NCBI GenBank assembly: GCA_040768745.1 | Contig: JAXGMI010000002.1 | Coordinates: 640,001 to 704,000 of the forward strand | DNA length: 64,000 bases | DNA from: Desulfomicrobium sp. | Lineage (GTDB): Bacteria > Desulfobacterota > Desulfovibrionia > Desulfovibrionales > Desulfomicrobiaceae | Reading direction: 5' to 3' | Shown: positions 1 through 9,509 of the stretch, one piece after another | Position numbering within the stretch: position 1 is the first letter of the stretch | Layout of the letters: each line of letters begins with the position of its first letter | Notes under the pieces: model-generated | Told to the model about the DNA's origin: nothing | The model's database searches: none | The model's input: only the letters and a program-made list of their open reading frames with translations | Position numbers and translations under genes: made by a program

Positions 1-877
1 CCTCCAGAAATCCGAGATACGTTTTCAAGGTGCGCTCATCGCCTATCTCAAGCATGCCCTTGAGGGCTTTCATATCCGGGGTGAACGGCACCAGCCCTGC
101 AACGACGGCCAGCAGTTTGCGCATCTTGCGGATACTCGCCCCGCCAAGGGCGGGATGGATGGCGGGCAGATCCACCTCCAGGGCGGCCTGGACCTGCTGG
201 ATCAGCGAGAGCTGGAACTGCGCCATGTCGGGATATTCCAGAAAATACGGATAATACCCGCGCGTCAGATAGTCGTTGAAAAGAGGCAGCACCTTGTGCC
301 CGCCCTGCTCCAGTTCGTGGACAATCCGCTCCGCCGCCCGCTCATGGCCCTCTGCAAGTTCCGAGAGCGCCAGCCGGCCGAACTCCAGCCCGTGGACCAT
401 GCCGAGATACTCCCGAAACGACAGTCCCCGCATCCGCAGAACCAGGGCCCTGCGGCTCAGGTCATGGCTGCCGCGCACAATCTCCAGGGCCGAACTGCCC
501 GAAGCGATGATTTTCAGACCGGGGAAGGTGTCGGCCATGCTTTTGAGTTCCATGGACCAGGATGGATATTTGTGGATTTCATCAAAGCAGATGACCTCCC
601 CGCCATACTTGTGGAATTCATCGGCGATCTCATACAGCGACGAACGTGCGACCAGAAAATGGTCCGCCTGCACATACAAGCCCTTGCGCGTGAAAACATC
701 GCCGCCACTGCCGGCCAGGAGGTGCTGGATCATGACCGTGGTCTTCCCGACCCCACGCGGGCCGACGATAATGTGAAATCGCCCTCCTGAAAGAACATCC
801 TCGAAGAGAGGACGCCTGTAGGGGCGATTGCGGACGCGGATCAATGTCTGACTGAGGCCGAAAAGGTCGTCGAGCAT
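1..877 (-). CDS. AAA+ family ATPase (AAA_14/DUF4143-like), running off the window edge
   Basis: Not in the ORF track. Manual translation from ATG at 877 gives MLDDLFGLSQ...IIVGPRGVGKTT (Walker A)...ICFDEIHKYPSWSMELK (Walker B)...ASGSSALEI...LSFREYL. Confidence 0.85.
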   Translation of the reverse strand, partial: MLDDLFGLSQTLIRVRNRPYRRPLFEDVLSGGRFHIIVGPRGVGKTTVMIQHLLAGSGGDVFTRKGLYVQADHFLVARSSLYEIADEFHKYGGEVICFDEIHKYPSWSMELKSMADTFPGLKIIASGSSALEIVRGSHDLSRRALVLRMRGLSFREYLGMVHGLEFGRLALSELAEGHERAAERIVHELEQGGHKVLPLFNDYLTRGYYPYFLEYPDMAQFQLSLIQQVQAALEVDLPAIHPALGGASIRKMRKLLAVVAGLVPFTPDMKALKGMLEIGDERTLKTYLGFLE

Positions 878-994
878 GGCGATCTCCGGAAAGATAGGAT
901 TTGAATCCGATCGTATTTGAGCTTTATTAGGATCGCAATACTATTTTTTGCGGCGAGTGGTGATTGGGGGAAATCCTGGAAATACTGGGAAATA

Positions 995-1913
995 CTGGGG
1001 TCAGATCTTGAATCTTGAATTATTCAACCTTCCTGATGATTTTACTGACCGTCGAATAGTGCAATCCTGTTGCGGCAGCAACGTGTGCCTGGGTGTATCC
1101 GTACACATGGCAGGCCTTGAGGATGGCTGCGTCACGCTGCGCACGGCCTTCTGTGCCCTGTAATATCTCCTCCAAGGCCGGACGGTCGGCAAAACGCTGA
1201 ATGCGAGGGATCTCCTTGAAAGCGCTTTTGTCCTTGAGCAGGGGAAAAAGCTTCTCCAGAAACGGGTCGTCTCCGAGCAGGCACTGTCCTTTGAGGTCAT
1301 TCCATGGCGATTCGGAATCCAGCCCTGCCTTGACAAAAAGACGGTACTCTTTCCGGGCCTGGACGCGATCAGTGCCGAACTGTTCCAGAATCCAGTCCAC
1401 AGCCAGAAAATCCGGTTTCTTTCCTAGCCCTGCCGTGGCCCGGTAACTGGACCATGGATACTTTCCAGGCTCCTTGACCATCCCGGCCCTTACGGGGTTG
1501 AGGACAATATATCGGCACAGTTCGAGAAGATAGGCGTCCCGGTCAACGACAATGGATTTGAACCGCCCTTGCAGCACGTGACCAACCCGGGCATGCCGCC
1601 GGTTGAATGCCTGCGTGTAGACGCTGTTGAACTGGCGCATGGCCTTGGACAGATTGGCGTCTGGAGTCTCAAGCAGGAGATGGAAGTGGTTGGTCATCAG
1701 GCAATACCCATGGCAGATCACGTTGAACCGGCGCATTGTCAGTCCGAGGACGGAGAGAAAGGTGTTCCTGTCGATGTCGTCCAGAAAAATGGAAGCCTGG
1801 GCGTTGCCCCGGGATGTCACATGGTAGATGGCTCCCGGAAATTCTATGCGGAGTGGTCGGGCCATGGTGAAGAAATACTCCGAAAAAATTCAATATTCAA
1901 GATCTGACCCCAG
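995..1913. mobile_element. Y1/HUH tyrosine-transposase element with terminal inverted repeats (TIRYT/RAYT-like)
   Basis: CTGGGGTCAGATCTTGAATCTTGAATT at 995-1021 and its reverse complement with one mismatch at 1887-1913 enclose the transposase gene. Confidence 0.75.
1020..1865 (-). CDS. REP-associated/IS200-like tyrosine transposase (Y1_Tnp) with C-terminal HTH
   Basis: MARPLRIEFPGAIYHVTSRGN start, YCLMTNHFHLLL HUH motif, YIVLNPVRAG catalytic Tyr region, C-terminal GLHYSTVSKII helix-turn-helix. Confidence 0.9.
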   Translation of the reverse strand: MARPLRIEFPGAIYHVTSRGNAQASIFLDDIDRNTFLSVLGLTMRRFNVICHGYCLMTNHFHLLLETPDANLSKAMRQFNSVYTQAFNRRHARVGHVLQGRFKSIVVDRDAYLLELCRYIVLNPVRAGMVKEPGKYPWSSYRATAGLGKKPDFLAVDWILEQFGTDRVQARKEYRLFVKAGLDSESPWNDLKGQCLLGDDPFLEKLFPLLKDKSAFKEIPRIQRFADRPALEEILQGTEGRAQRDAAILKACHVYGYTQAHVAAATGLHYSTVSKIIRKVE

Positions 1914-2241
1914 GTTTCCGTGCGATGAGCTTGATGAGCGGCAGCAGCACCTGTACGCCGCTCGACCCCACAGTGTAGGCGATCAGCGCGCAAACGCCGT
2001 ACGGGCGTACTGCATGACGGCTGCCGTGATTTTGATCATGACGGCGTTGGCCGCGTCGAAAATCCTGGCCAGCGGGGCTCCTTTCTCGCCCAGGGCGGAC
2101 AGGGCGAAGCCGAAGAAAATGGCAAAGAAAATCGTTTGCAGAAGATTGCCGGTGGCGAGGGATTCAAAGGGGTTCAATGGGATGATGTTCAACAGGGTCT
2201 GGATCGCGCCGGGAGGGCTGACTTCATGGCTGAACTGCGAC
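1914..2241 (-). pseudogene. Internal fragment of a dicarboxylate/amino acid:cation (DAACS) symporter
   Basis: LLNIIPLNPFESLATGNLLQTIFFAIFFGFAL...MQYA, then a 1-nt shift near 2003-2005 into PYGVCALIAYTVG...LLPLIKLI. There is no 5' part, and the 3' end is cut at the inverted repeat ending at 1913. Confidence 0.8.
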
Positions 2242-3006
2242 TCAGCTTTTCGCTTCCCTGACGATGGCTTCGGCCAGAATCTGGGCAGCATCGAACATTC
2301 GTGTCGCGGGCGTGATCTGACCTCCAATGATGGACAGCTCCGTGCAGGCCACGAGGATTACCTGGGCTCCCCGCCGCGCCAGATTGTCGACGACGTTCTG
2401 GATCGCTTCGACCACCTCGGGCCCGTAACTGCTGGTTTTGATTTTTCGGATGGCGGACATGACGACGCCCTGTTCGCCAGGTTCCATGTCCATGAGCCTG
2501 ACGCCTGCATCGGCGAACCGCTCGTTGTAGAGGCCCAGGTCGAAAACCGCGCTGGAGGCCAGCAGGCCCACGGTTTTCAGGTCCGGGACCTCAGAGGTGA
2601 TGGCGTTCACCGACAGGCCGATCATGTCGAGAAGAGGGATGCTCACCGCCTGCTGGACGCCTTGATGATAGTAGTGGGCCGTGTTGCAGGGGATGGCCAG
2701 GAAATCGACCCCCCATTTCTCCAGGCGACGGGCCATGTCCTGCAGGCATCCAAGAGGGCTTTCTCCGGTTTTTTCGATCAGGGCCCTGATGCGCGAGGGA
2801 ACCTTGGGGTTGTTGTCCACAAGCATGCGGATGTGGTCTATGTCGTCTTTGGCCGTGGTTGCCTTGATGACTCGGTTCATGAGGTCGACGGTTGACTCTG
2901 GCCCCATGCCTCCGAGTATCCCGACTATTTTTTCGCGCCCGCTTGGAGCGGCGGTCGGCTCATGAGCCTGTGAGGATAGGTCGGGCGGTGCGGCGAAGTA
3001 CATCAT
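2242..3006 (-). CDS. Aspartate/glutamate racemase family protein (possible cysteate racemase)
   Basis: GILGGMGPEST, IPCNTAH and VACTELS motifs with both catalytic cysteines. Confidence 0.9.
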   Translation of the reverse strand: MMYFAAPPDLSSQAHEPTAAPSGREKIVGILGGMGPESTVDLMNRVIKATTAKDDIDHIRMLVDNNPKVPSRIRALIEKTGESPLGCLQDMARRLEKWGVDFLAIPCNTAHYYHQGVQQAVSIPLLDMIGLSVNAITSEVPDLKTVGLLASSAVFDLGLYNERFADAGVRLMDMEPGEQGVVMSAIRKIKTSSYGPEVVEAIQNVVDNLARRGAQVILVACTELSIIGGQITPATRMFDAAQILAEAIVREAKS

Positions 3007-3095
3007 GTTTCCTTGTTTTAGTTCACTATTTCACAAGTGTTCCGAAAAAAATCCCCGCCAAGGCGGCCCATGGCCGCCCTGACAGGGAGCGTGCA

Positions 3096-4091
3096 TCAGA
3101 ATACCTTCTGGTACGCATACAGGGCGGGCGAACCGCCGGTATGCAGGAACAGGACATTGGACCCTTCGGGGAAATGCCCCTTGCGCACCAGGTCGACCAG
3201 GCCGGCCATGGCTTTGCCCGAATACACGGGGTCAAGGAGGATGGCCTCGGTGGAGGCCAGCAGCTTGACCGCCTCGACCATGGAGTCCGTGGGCAGGGAG
3301 TATCCGGGGCCGACGTAGCCGTCGAAGCATTCCACCGCTTCTTTCGCAATGGGCGTCGCCACACCGACGCGCTCGGCAGTAGCTTCAACCAGCTTGTAAA
3401 CCAGGTTTTCCTGGTCGGCCTTGGTGCGGCTGACGTTAATACCGGAAACGGGGATGCCTGCGTTGTTGCCCTGCATTCCGACTACGATGCCCGCATGAGT
3501 TCCAGCGGAACCGCTGGGAACAACCATGTGATCGATTTTGAGGCCCATGTCGAAGAGCTGTTGCAGGGTCTCCTGGGCGCAGGCGACATAGCCGGTGGCT
3601 CCGATGGTGTTGGAGGCTCCGCCGGGAATGATATAGGGGGTCTTGCCCTTGGCTTTGAGTGCATCGGCCACCGTCTGCATCTCGGCCAGCATGTTGGAGC
3701 CGCCGGGCACCACGGTGATGCTCTTGACGCCCATCAGTTGGAAAAGAAAGTTGTTGCCGGAAGCTTCGGGGCTGTACGAGCCCTTGACGCGTTCTTCGAG
3801 CACCAGATGGCAATCCAGACCTTCCTTGACCGCCCAGGACAGAGTCAGCCGGCAATGGTTGGACTGGACCGCGCCGCAGGTGATGACGGTGTCAGCGCCG
3901 TTGTCGAGGGCGTCCGCGATGCAGAAATCCAGTTTACGGGTTTTGTTGCCGCCGGCGCAACCGGGCAGGAGATCGTCACGCTTGATGAAGATATTGACCT
4001 TGCCTCCAAGGGCTTTGGAAAACGCGGGAAGGGCTTCGATGGGGGTTGGTGTCGTAACGTATCCACGGCGAGAAAATTTTGCCAAATTCAT
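3096..4091 (-). CDS. D-cysteine desulfhydrase / D-cysteate sulfo-lyase family PLP enzyme
   Basis: IKRDDL...GGNKTRKL (PLP lysine), GAVQSNHCR, SGSAGTHAG, LLDPVYSGKA, FLHTGG. Start set at MNLAK with a GGAG RBS. Confidence 0.9.
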   Translation of the reverse strand: MNLAKFSRRGYVTTPTPIEALPAFSKALGGKVNIFIKRDDLLPGCAGGNKTRKLDFCIADALDNGADTVITCGAVQSNHCRLTLSWAVKEGLDCHLVLEERVKGSYSPEASGNNFLFQLMGVKSITVVPGGSNMLAEMQTVADALKAKGKTPYIIPGGASNTIGATGYVACAQETLQQLFDMGLKIDHMVVPSGSAGTHAGIVVGMQGNNAGIPVSGINVSRTKADQENLVYKLVEATAERVGVATPIAKEAVECFDGYVGPGYSLPTDSMVEAVKLLASTEAILLDPVYSGKAMAGLVDLVRKGHFPEGSNVLFLHTGGSPALYAYQKVF

Positions 4092-4113
4092 ATCGGAACT
4101 CCTTGTTGTGAAA

Positions 4114-4500
4114 TTATTTGAGAGAGATGATTGCTTCCATTTCGATGTCCGCTCCAAGAGGCAGGGCCGCCACTTGCACAGCGCTGCGAGCCGGAAATGG
4201 GGCGGAAAAATACGTTGCGTAGACTTCGTTCATTTCCTTGAAATCCTGCAAGTCGGTCAGAAAAACTGTTGTCTTGACGACGTCGTCCAAAGTGCCACCA
4301 GCTTCTTCGACAATGGCGCGCAGGTTTTCAAAAACTTGGCGGGCGCGTTTTCCGATGGAGCCTTCGGGCATTTTTCCGGTCTCCGGATTGATGGGCAACT
4401 GGCCCGATGCGAAAAGCAGGTTTCCGGCGATGATCGCCTGGGAATACGGCCCGATCGCTCCAGGTGCGTTTGTTGACGATACACTCTGTTTGCCAGCCAT
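4114..4500 (-). CDS. ridA: RidA family enamine/imine deaminase
   Basis: APGAIGPYSQA, SGQLPINP, FPARSAVQVAALPLGADIEMEAI. Confidence 0.9.
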   Translation of the reverse strand: MAGKQSVSSTNAPGAIGPYSQAIIAGNLLFASGQLPINPETGKMPEGSIGKRARQVFENLRAIVEEAGGTLDDVVKTTVFLTDLQDFKEMNEVYATYFSAPFPARSAVQVAALPLGADIEMEAIISLK

Positions 4501-4627
4501 AAGCGAAACTCCTTAATTCTCGTTTAAGTAATGTCGAATGTCGACATTACAATAAATTTCGTTCCCTCAGCATTGAGAATTTTGTGGTGACATTTTTGTA
4601 GCGACTTCATTTCCAAGTAAGTTTCGC

Positions 4628-5890
4628 TCAAGCAGACCCGGTGAGAGATGATCTGGTCATCGCTGCGAGTTGCAAGTTGTCGATAGCCCGTTCGCGGAGC
4701 AAACATTCGGCTTCTGAAAAACGGGACTGAAGCATATTGATCGCAACGACGATGGTCTGTGCGTACATTTCCAGATCATCATCAGTCAGCATAGGGATCT
4801 GATGGTGCGAGATATACTCCTTTGATACGGCAGATGAGATGACTGCAGCCGTTCCAGGAAGCAATCCGCCATGGTCAACGATATCGTTCACTCCATTGCT
4901 CATGAAGACCACCCCTCCCAAATCATGTTTGACCAAGGTGGCAAGTTCGCCGGCAATGGCGTTTTTCTCGCCACAATTGTCGGCCTTTGCAAAGCGATTA
5001 CCGAGATCGATTATTTTCTGGCCAATTGCCTGGGTCGCCTCCTTCAATGCTCCCGATCTCCTCGGGTATGGATTTGGCGGTAGATAAACAGGATAACCGA
5101 GGCTCTCGGCTGCTGCTGCCAGACAATCGCCGACAACGGAGTTGTCATGCTCTTGGTTGGCGCGAACAATAAGTGTAGTATTTTCTATCACCTCTTTCCA
5201 GAAAGGGACATACGCTTTAGACTCAACGATGATGGTCGGAAGCGTTTTCATGCCGAGAATATCCATCAACAGGCCCTTGTTGCCGACGGGTACATTGCCT
5301 TCAGTGTCCTCGTTAGGGCCAAGGCCGCCCAATCCCGCGTTGACAGTAAGCATTGTCGAGACGGGTACCCCGTTGATCTGCAGAATGGCGCCAAGGTAAC
5401 ATCCACAACTTTGTGGCGTGTCTTCTTCGAAGAAGTGGAATTTGTCTGGATACCTCGCAAGAAAGGTAGCTACGACAGCCCTGGCCAGGGCCGCGATGAA
5501 TGTGGCGGGTATTTCGAGAACACCCTGGCCATGGACCCGGCCAAAGATCGTGGTAGCCAGTGTTTGAGGGCAGAGGCCGTTTTTCCCCAGAGCCGTCTGC
5601 ATCAAAGCCGCCTCGGCTGGGGTGATCCCACATCGGGCAACCGCGGTACCGCAGCCTCCCCCTTCAAGAGTGATGGAGATTTTTCCCTGATCAGTAGCAA
5701 CTTCGATTTGGGCAATCCGTAAATCCACCTGGGCGGCCAGGTGGAATAGTTTGCCAAGAACTGAAAACCCAGCCCCATCTTCTTGAACAAAACCGGAATG
5801 ACTGTGGGCATGACTTACGCCGATGTGCCCAGCCAAGCCAACTTTACCAGTTTTTTCCGTAGAAAATGAAATATCCATGTGTTTATCCAT
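4628..5890 (-). CDS. Hypothetical 420-aa soluble protein, family not recognised
   Basis: Long ORF co-oriented with and 6 bp from dctM. His-rich N-terminal motif GHIGVSHAHSHSG and acidic GPNEDTEGN motif. Confidence 0.75.
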   Translation of the reverse strand: MDKHMDISFSTEKTGKVGLAGHIGVSHAHSHSGFVQEDGAGFSVLGKLFHLAAQVDLRIAQIEVATDQGKISITLEGGGCGTAVARCGITPAEAALMQTALGKNGLCPQTLATTIFGRVHGQGVLEIPATFIAALARAVVATFLARYPDKFHFFEEDTPQSCGCYLGAILQINGVPVSTMLTVNAGLGGLGPNEDTEGNVPVGNKGLLMDILGMKTLPTIIVESKAYVPFWKEVIENTTLIVRANQEHDNSVVGDCLAAAAESLGYPVYLPPNPYPRRSGALKEATQAIGQKIIDLGNRFAKADNCGEKNAIAGELATLVKHDLGGVVFMSNGVNDIVDHGGLLPGTAAVISSAVSKEYISHHQIPMLTDDDLEMYAQTIVVAINMLQSRFSEAECLLRERAIDNLQLAAMTRSSLTGSA

Positions 5891-5896
5891 TGGATG

Positions 5897-7168
5897 TTAC
5901 AAAAGGCAAAGCACAATTTGCGGGACAAATGCCAAGACAATAATACAACCCACCATTGCCGCGATAAAGGGAAGCACGGCATAGCTCAGTTTTTCGATAC
6001 TAATTCCACTTATTCCGCAACCAACAAAAAGGTTCACTCCTACCGGTGGGGTAAGAAAGCCCACGGAGACAGCGGCGATCATAACTATGCCGAAATGCGT
6101 CATGTCGATACCGGCCTGAACCACCAGAGGTTGAAGCAGGGGGGTCAGGATGAGGATGTTGGCCAGAGCGTCCATAAAAGTGCCGAGAACCAGCAGCATC
6201 AGAATAATAACCAGAAAGAAGATTATTTTGTTCTCGGTCAGGCCAGAGAGCAGGCCGACCATGGCGTTAGGGACATTGTAAATCAAAAGAATCTGCCCCA
6301 GAGCAGAGGCAGTTGCAACTACCAAGAAAATAGTCGCAGTGGTGATGGTGGTATTGCGCAGAATCTGCCAACACTTTGATTTGTCGAGTCTTCTCAACAG
6401 AAATCCTTCAACAATGAAGGCGTAAGTGACGGCGATTGCCCCAGCCTCAGTCGGAGTTGTAATCCCACCATAAATACCGCCGAGGACAATGACAGGAACC
6501 GCCAAGGCGTATTTCGCTCCCTGGAAAGCTTGCCAGGTCTGCTTATGGGAGGCTTTCGGGCTTTTTGTCTCAAAGCCGTGATACTTTGACAGGACATAAC
6601 AGGTAAACATGAGAATGATGCCGATGAACACACCGGGAACGACCCCGGCAATGAACAAATCACCCACCGAAACATTTGCAGTTGTCCCGTAAATGATCAG
6701 CGGGACACTCGGGGGAATCATCACCCCGAGACAGCCGGCTGTAACGTTGGTGGCGGTGGAGAATGATTTCGAGAACCCCTCTTTTTCCATGGAGGGAATC
6801 ATTATCCCGCCAACCGCGGCCACCGTCGCCGGTGCTGACCCGCTGAGCGCCCCGTAAAACATGCAGGTGAGCACGGAGACCTGGGCCAGGCCACCAGTGA
6901 CGTGTCCTATCAAACAGCGTGAGAGACGCAGTAGAGCCTCGGCCATGCTCCCCTTCTGCATGATCTCGCCGGCCATTATAAAAAAAGGCACAGCAAGAAG
7001 CGGGAAGGCGTCCAGGGAAAAAAACATCTTCTGCATGAGAAACTGCACCGGGATGTCGCCCGCGACCACTGCTATGACAACACTCAGACCAAGTGCGACA
7101 GCAATGGGTACGCTCAAAAGCAGCAATATCGGCAGAGAGACAGCAATAAGCAGGATGGGAAGGTCCAT
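5897..7168 (-). CDS. dctM: TRAP transporter large permease
   Basis: FPLLAVPFFIMAG, GALSGSAPAT, MIPPSVPLIIYG, TPTEAGA, TPPVGVNLFV; highly hydrophobic. Confidence 0.95.
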   Translation of the reverse strand: MDLPILLIAVSLPILLLLSVPIAVALGLSVVIAVVAGDIPVQFLMQKMFFSLDAFPLLAVPFFIMAGEIMQKGSMAEALLRLSRCLIGHVTGGLAQVSVLTCMFYGALSGSAPATVAAVGGIMIPSMEKEGFSKSFSTATNVTAGCLGVMIPPSVPLIIYGTTANVSVGDLFIAGVVPGVFIGIILMFTCYVLSKYHGFETKSPKASHKQTWQAFQGAKYALAVPVIVLGGIYGGITTPTEAGAIAVTYAFIVEGFLLRRLDKSKCWQILRNTTITTATIFLVVATASALGQILLIYNVPNAMVGLLSGLTENKIIFFLVIILMLLVLGTFMDALANILILTPLLQPLVVQAGIDMTHFGIVMIAAVSVGFLTPPVGVNLFVGCGISGISIEKLSYAVLPFIAAMVGCIIVLAFVPQIVLCLL

Positions 7169-7256
7169 AATGCACTGCTCCTTGTCTTGAACAGGTTGCG
7201 TGACTGAAGTCGGTATTCAGCAGAGTTGCAAAGAGAGACCTGCTGCAAAGCCGAAA

Positions 7257-7754
7257 TTAAATAAATAACGCTTCGTTACCGCCGTCTTTTTTTAATACAA
7301 TATCTTTGATGACAACGATTGTGCGTAGAGCCATCAGTAAAAAACCGAGGGGGATACAGACATAGGCGATCCACATGGGAAATTGCAGGGCGGGGGCAAC
7401 CTGATTGGATTCGATAACGAACTGGGTCATCATGATCCCCCAAACAAACATGATGCCGCAGAATACAACGGTGATCAGATATGCCAGTATGGTAAAATAA
7501 TTGCCGATCTTTGCCCCGAATACTGTTCGGGCTATGGTGACTTCGAGATGGCGTCTCTCCGCTGCGGCAAAACTCGATCCGACATAGACGGCAAAAATAA
7601 ACAGATAACGGGCGAGTTCTTCCGGCCAGTCCAGGGATTGCTGGAGGACATATCTCTGAAAAACCTGAAGAACGATGATTATTGCCATAGCCCCAAGAGC
7701 ACATGACGAGACGATCTCTTCAAATTTGTTGAGCCATTGCCAAAATGTCGCCAT
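7257..7754 (-). CDS. dctQ: TRAP transporter small permease
   Basis: Four TM segments with QVFQRYVL...WPEELARYLF motif, located between dctP and dctM. Confidence 0.9.
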   Translation of the reverse strand: MATFWQWLNKFEEIVSSCALGAMAIIIVLQVFQRYVLQQSLDWPEELARYLFIFAVYVGSSFAAAERRHLEVTIARTVFGAKIGNYFTILAYLITVVFCGIMFVWGIMMTQFVIESNQVAPALQFPMWIAYVCIPLGFLLMALRTIVVIKDIVLKKDGGNEALFI

Positions 7755-7774
7755 TTCAACCTCGATGTGGTGGC

Positions 7775-7797
7775 CGGGGGATGTGATACATCCCCCG
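7775..7797. other. Intercistronic perfect hairpin between dctP and dctQ
   Basis: CGGGGGATGT-GAT-ACATCCCCCG, 10-bp stem. Confidence 0.6.
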
Positions 7798-8233
7798 CCT
7801 CCACTCAGTGTTAGGTAATGAAGAATGACTGTTGATTATTGTCCGGCAACTGTCTTTTTCATCTCTTCAATCAACTCCGGCGGCACTTCTTTTGAGAACA
7901 TCGGAGCAACTTTTGACGTTGCGTCAATCCAACGTTGCCGTTCAGCCGGAGAGAGTTCGATGATTTCGCCTCCCATCGCCTTGATCTTTTCCAGAATCAT
8001 TGCTTCGTTGTTACGGATCTTGTCACGTTGGAATTTCTGCATGACGGCAAAAGATTCTCTTACCCACTGCTGCTCATTTGCTGGCAGACCTTCAAAAAAT
8101 TTCTTCGAGATCATTACCAGGTGGGGGCTGTAGAAGCTTCTGGTCAGAGTGACATATTTGGTGATTTCTCCTCTGGGATAGGGTTTTCTTGGACACCAAA
8201 TTGGGAGTAGAGAGACTCCCCATGAGGTGATTC

Positions 8234-8623
8234 ATGAGCAAACAAAGCGACAAGGATATTTCAGCCGTCTCCCCGGTGGAGGGAGGCCGTAGGCCGACTG
8301 GAACCGGGGAGACGAAGGCAACTCCCAAGCGATTCTGGGCACAGCACAAGACCGAGGCCGTCCTCCGGCTTCTGCGTGGTGAAGACATCGAAACGCTCAG
8401 TCGGGAACTCGGCGTGACGGCTGCCACGCTCTCACAATGGAGAGATGCCTTTCTGGCCGGTGGCGCGGATAGTCTCAAAAAACGCTCTCCGGCGGAGGAG
8501 GCCGAATACAAGCGCCTCAATGAGAAAATCGGCGAGCAGACCATGGAGATAGAACTGCTCCGCGAGAAGATCCGAATGATGGAGGCAAAAGACCCTTTGG
8601 GGTTGCGGAGGTCGAGGAAATGA
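8234..8623 (+). CDS. IS transposase OrfA (HTH)
   Basis: RFWAQHKTEAVLRLLRGEDIETLSRELGVTAATLSQWRDAF HTH followed by a coiled-coil segment. Confidence 0.85.
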   Translation: MSKQSDKDISAVSPVEGGRRPTGTGETKATPKRFWAQHKTEAVLRLLRGEDIETLSRELGVTAATLSQWRDAFLAGGADSLKKRSPAEEAEYKRLNEKIGEQTMEIELLREKIRMMEAKDPLGLRRSRK

Positions 8624-9509
8624 GCCGGTCCACCTCGCCCTCCACTGGTCAGACGTATGGGCTGGTGCTGGTTTGCCGGGTCTGGAATCTCCCCAGGTCC
8701 ACGCATTATGCACGCAAGGTTGCGAATGAGGGCACACCAAGCCGCCGAGGCCCTATTGGCTTCCACAGTGATGGGGAGTTGTTCGGGCACATCGTGGCAT
8801 GCATCCAGAACTCCCCTTTTACTGGTGAAGGCTATCGGAAAGTGTGGGCCAGGTTGCGTTTTGAGGGCATCAGAACGTCCCCCTGCGAACGCTTCGGATC
8901 ATGAGAGAGAACAACCTGCTCGCAGTGCGCAAGCCCGGCAGGCCGCATGGCCCCAAGGCGCATGACGGGACGATCAAGACTGCCCGGGTGGACGAGATGT
9001 GGGGCACGGACATGACCACGACGATGACCATGCAGGAAGGCAACGCTTCGATCTTCCTGGCCGTGGACCACTGCTCTCTGGAGTGTGTCGGCATCCACGC
9101 CGCTAAGTACGGGACGCGCTTTGAAGCCCTGGAGCCGATTCGCCAAGGTGTGCGCCACAGCTTTGGAGCCTTTGGACCCGCCGTGGCAGAGGGCCTGACC
9201 CTGCGACATGACAATGGTAGCCAGTACGTTTCCAGTGTGTTTCAAGAGGAGGTTTCCTTCCTGGGCATCCGGAGTTCGCCTGCTTTCGTCAGAGAACCCC
9301 AAGGCAACGGCATCGCCGAGAGGTTCGTGCGCACGCTCAAGGAAAACCTGCTCTGGGTCCGGCGGTTCGATACGGTCGAGGAACTCCGACTTGCCCTCTT
9401 GGAGTTCAAGGAGACGTACAACCGGGAATGGATCATTGGACGCCACGGCTACAAGACTCCGGCAGCGGTGCGGGCCATCCAGAAAGAGGCCGTGAACGTT
9501 GCGGCTTGA
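8620..9509 (+). pseudogene. IS transposase OrfB (rve/DDE) with a 1-nt frameshift near 8879-8883
   Basis: EGYRKVWARLR...GIRTSP then RTLRIMRENNLL in another frame. Motifs WGTDMT, RHDNGSQY, GNGIAERFVRTLKE. One extra C in the C5 run restores the frame. Confidence 0.8.

Noticed and set aside
1..877. AAA ATPase as part of an anti-phage system
   Set aside because: It is truncated by the window edge and no partner gene is visible, so the claim cannot be supported here.
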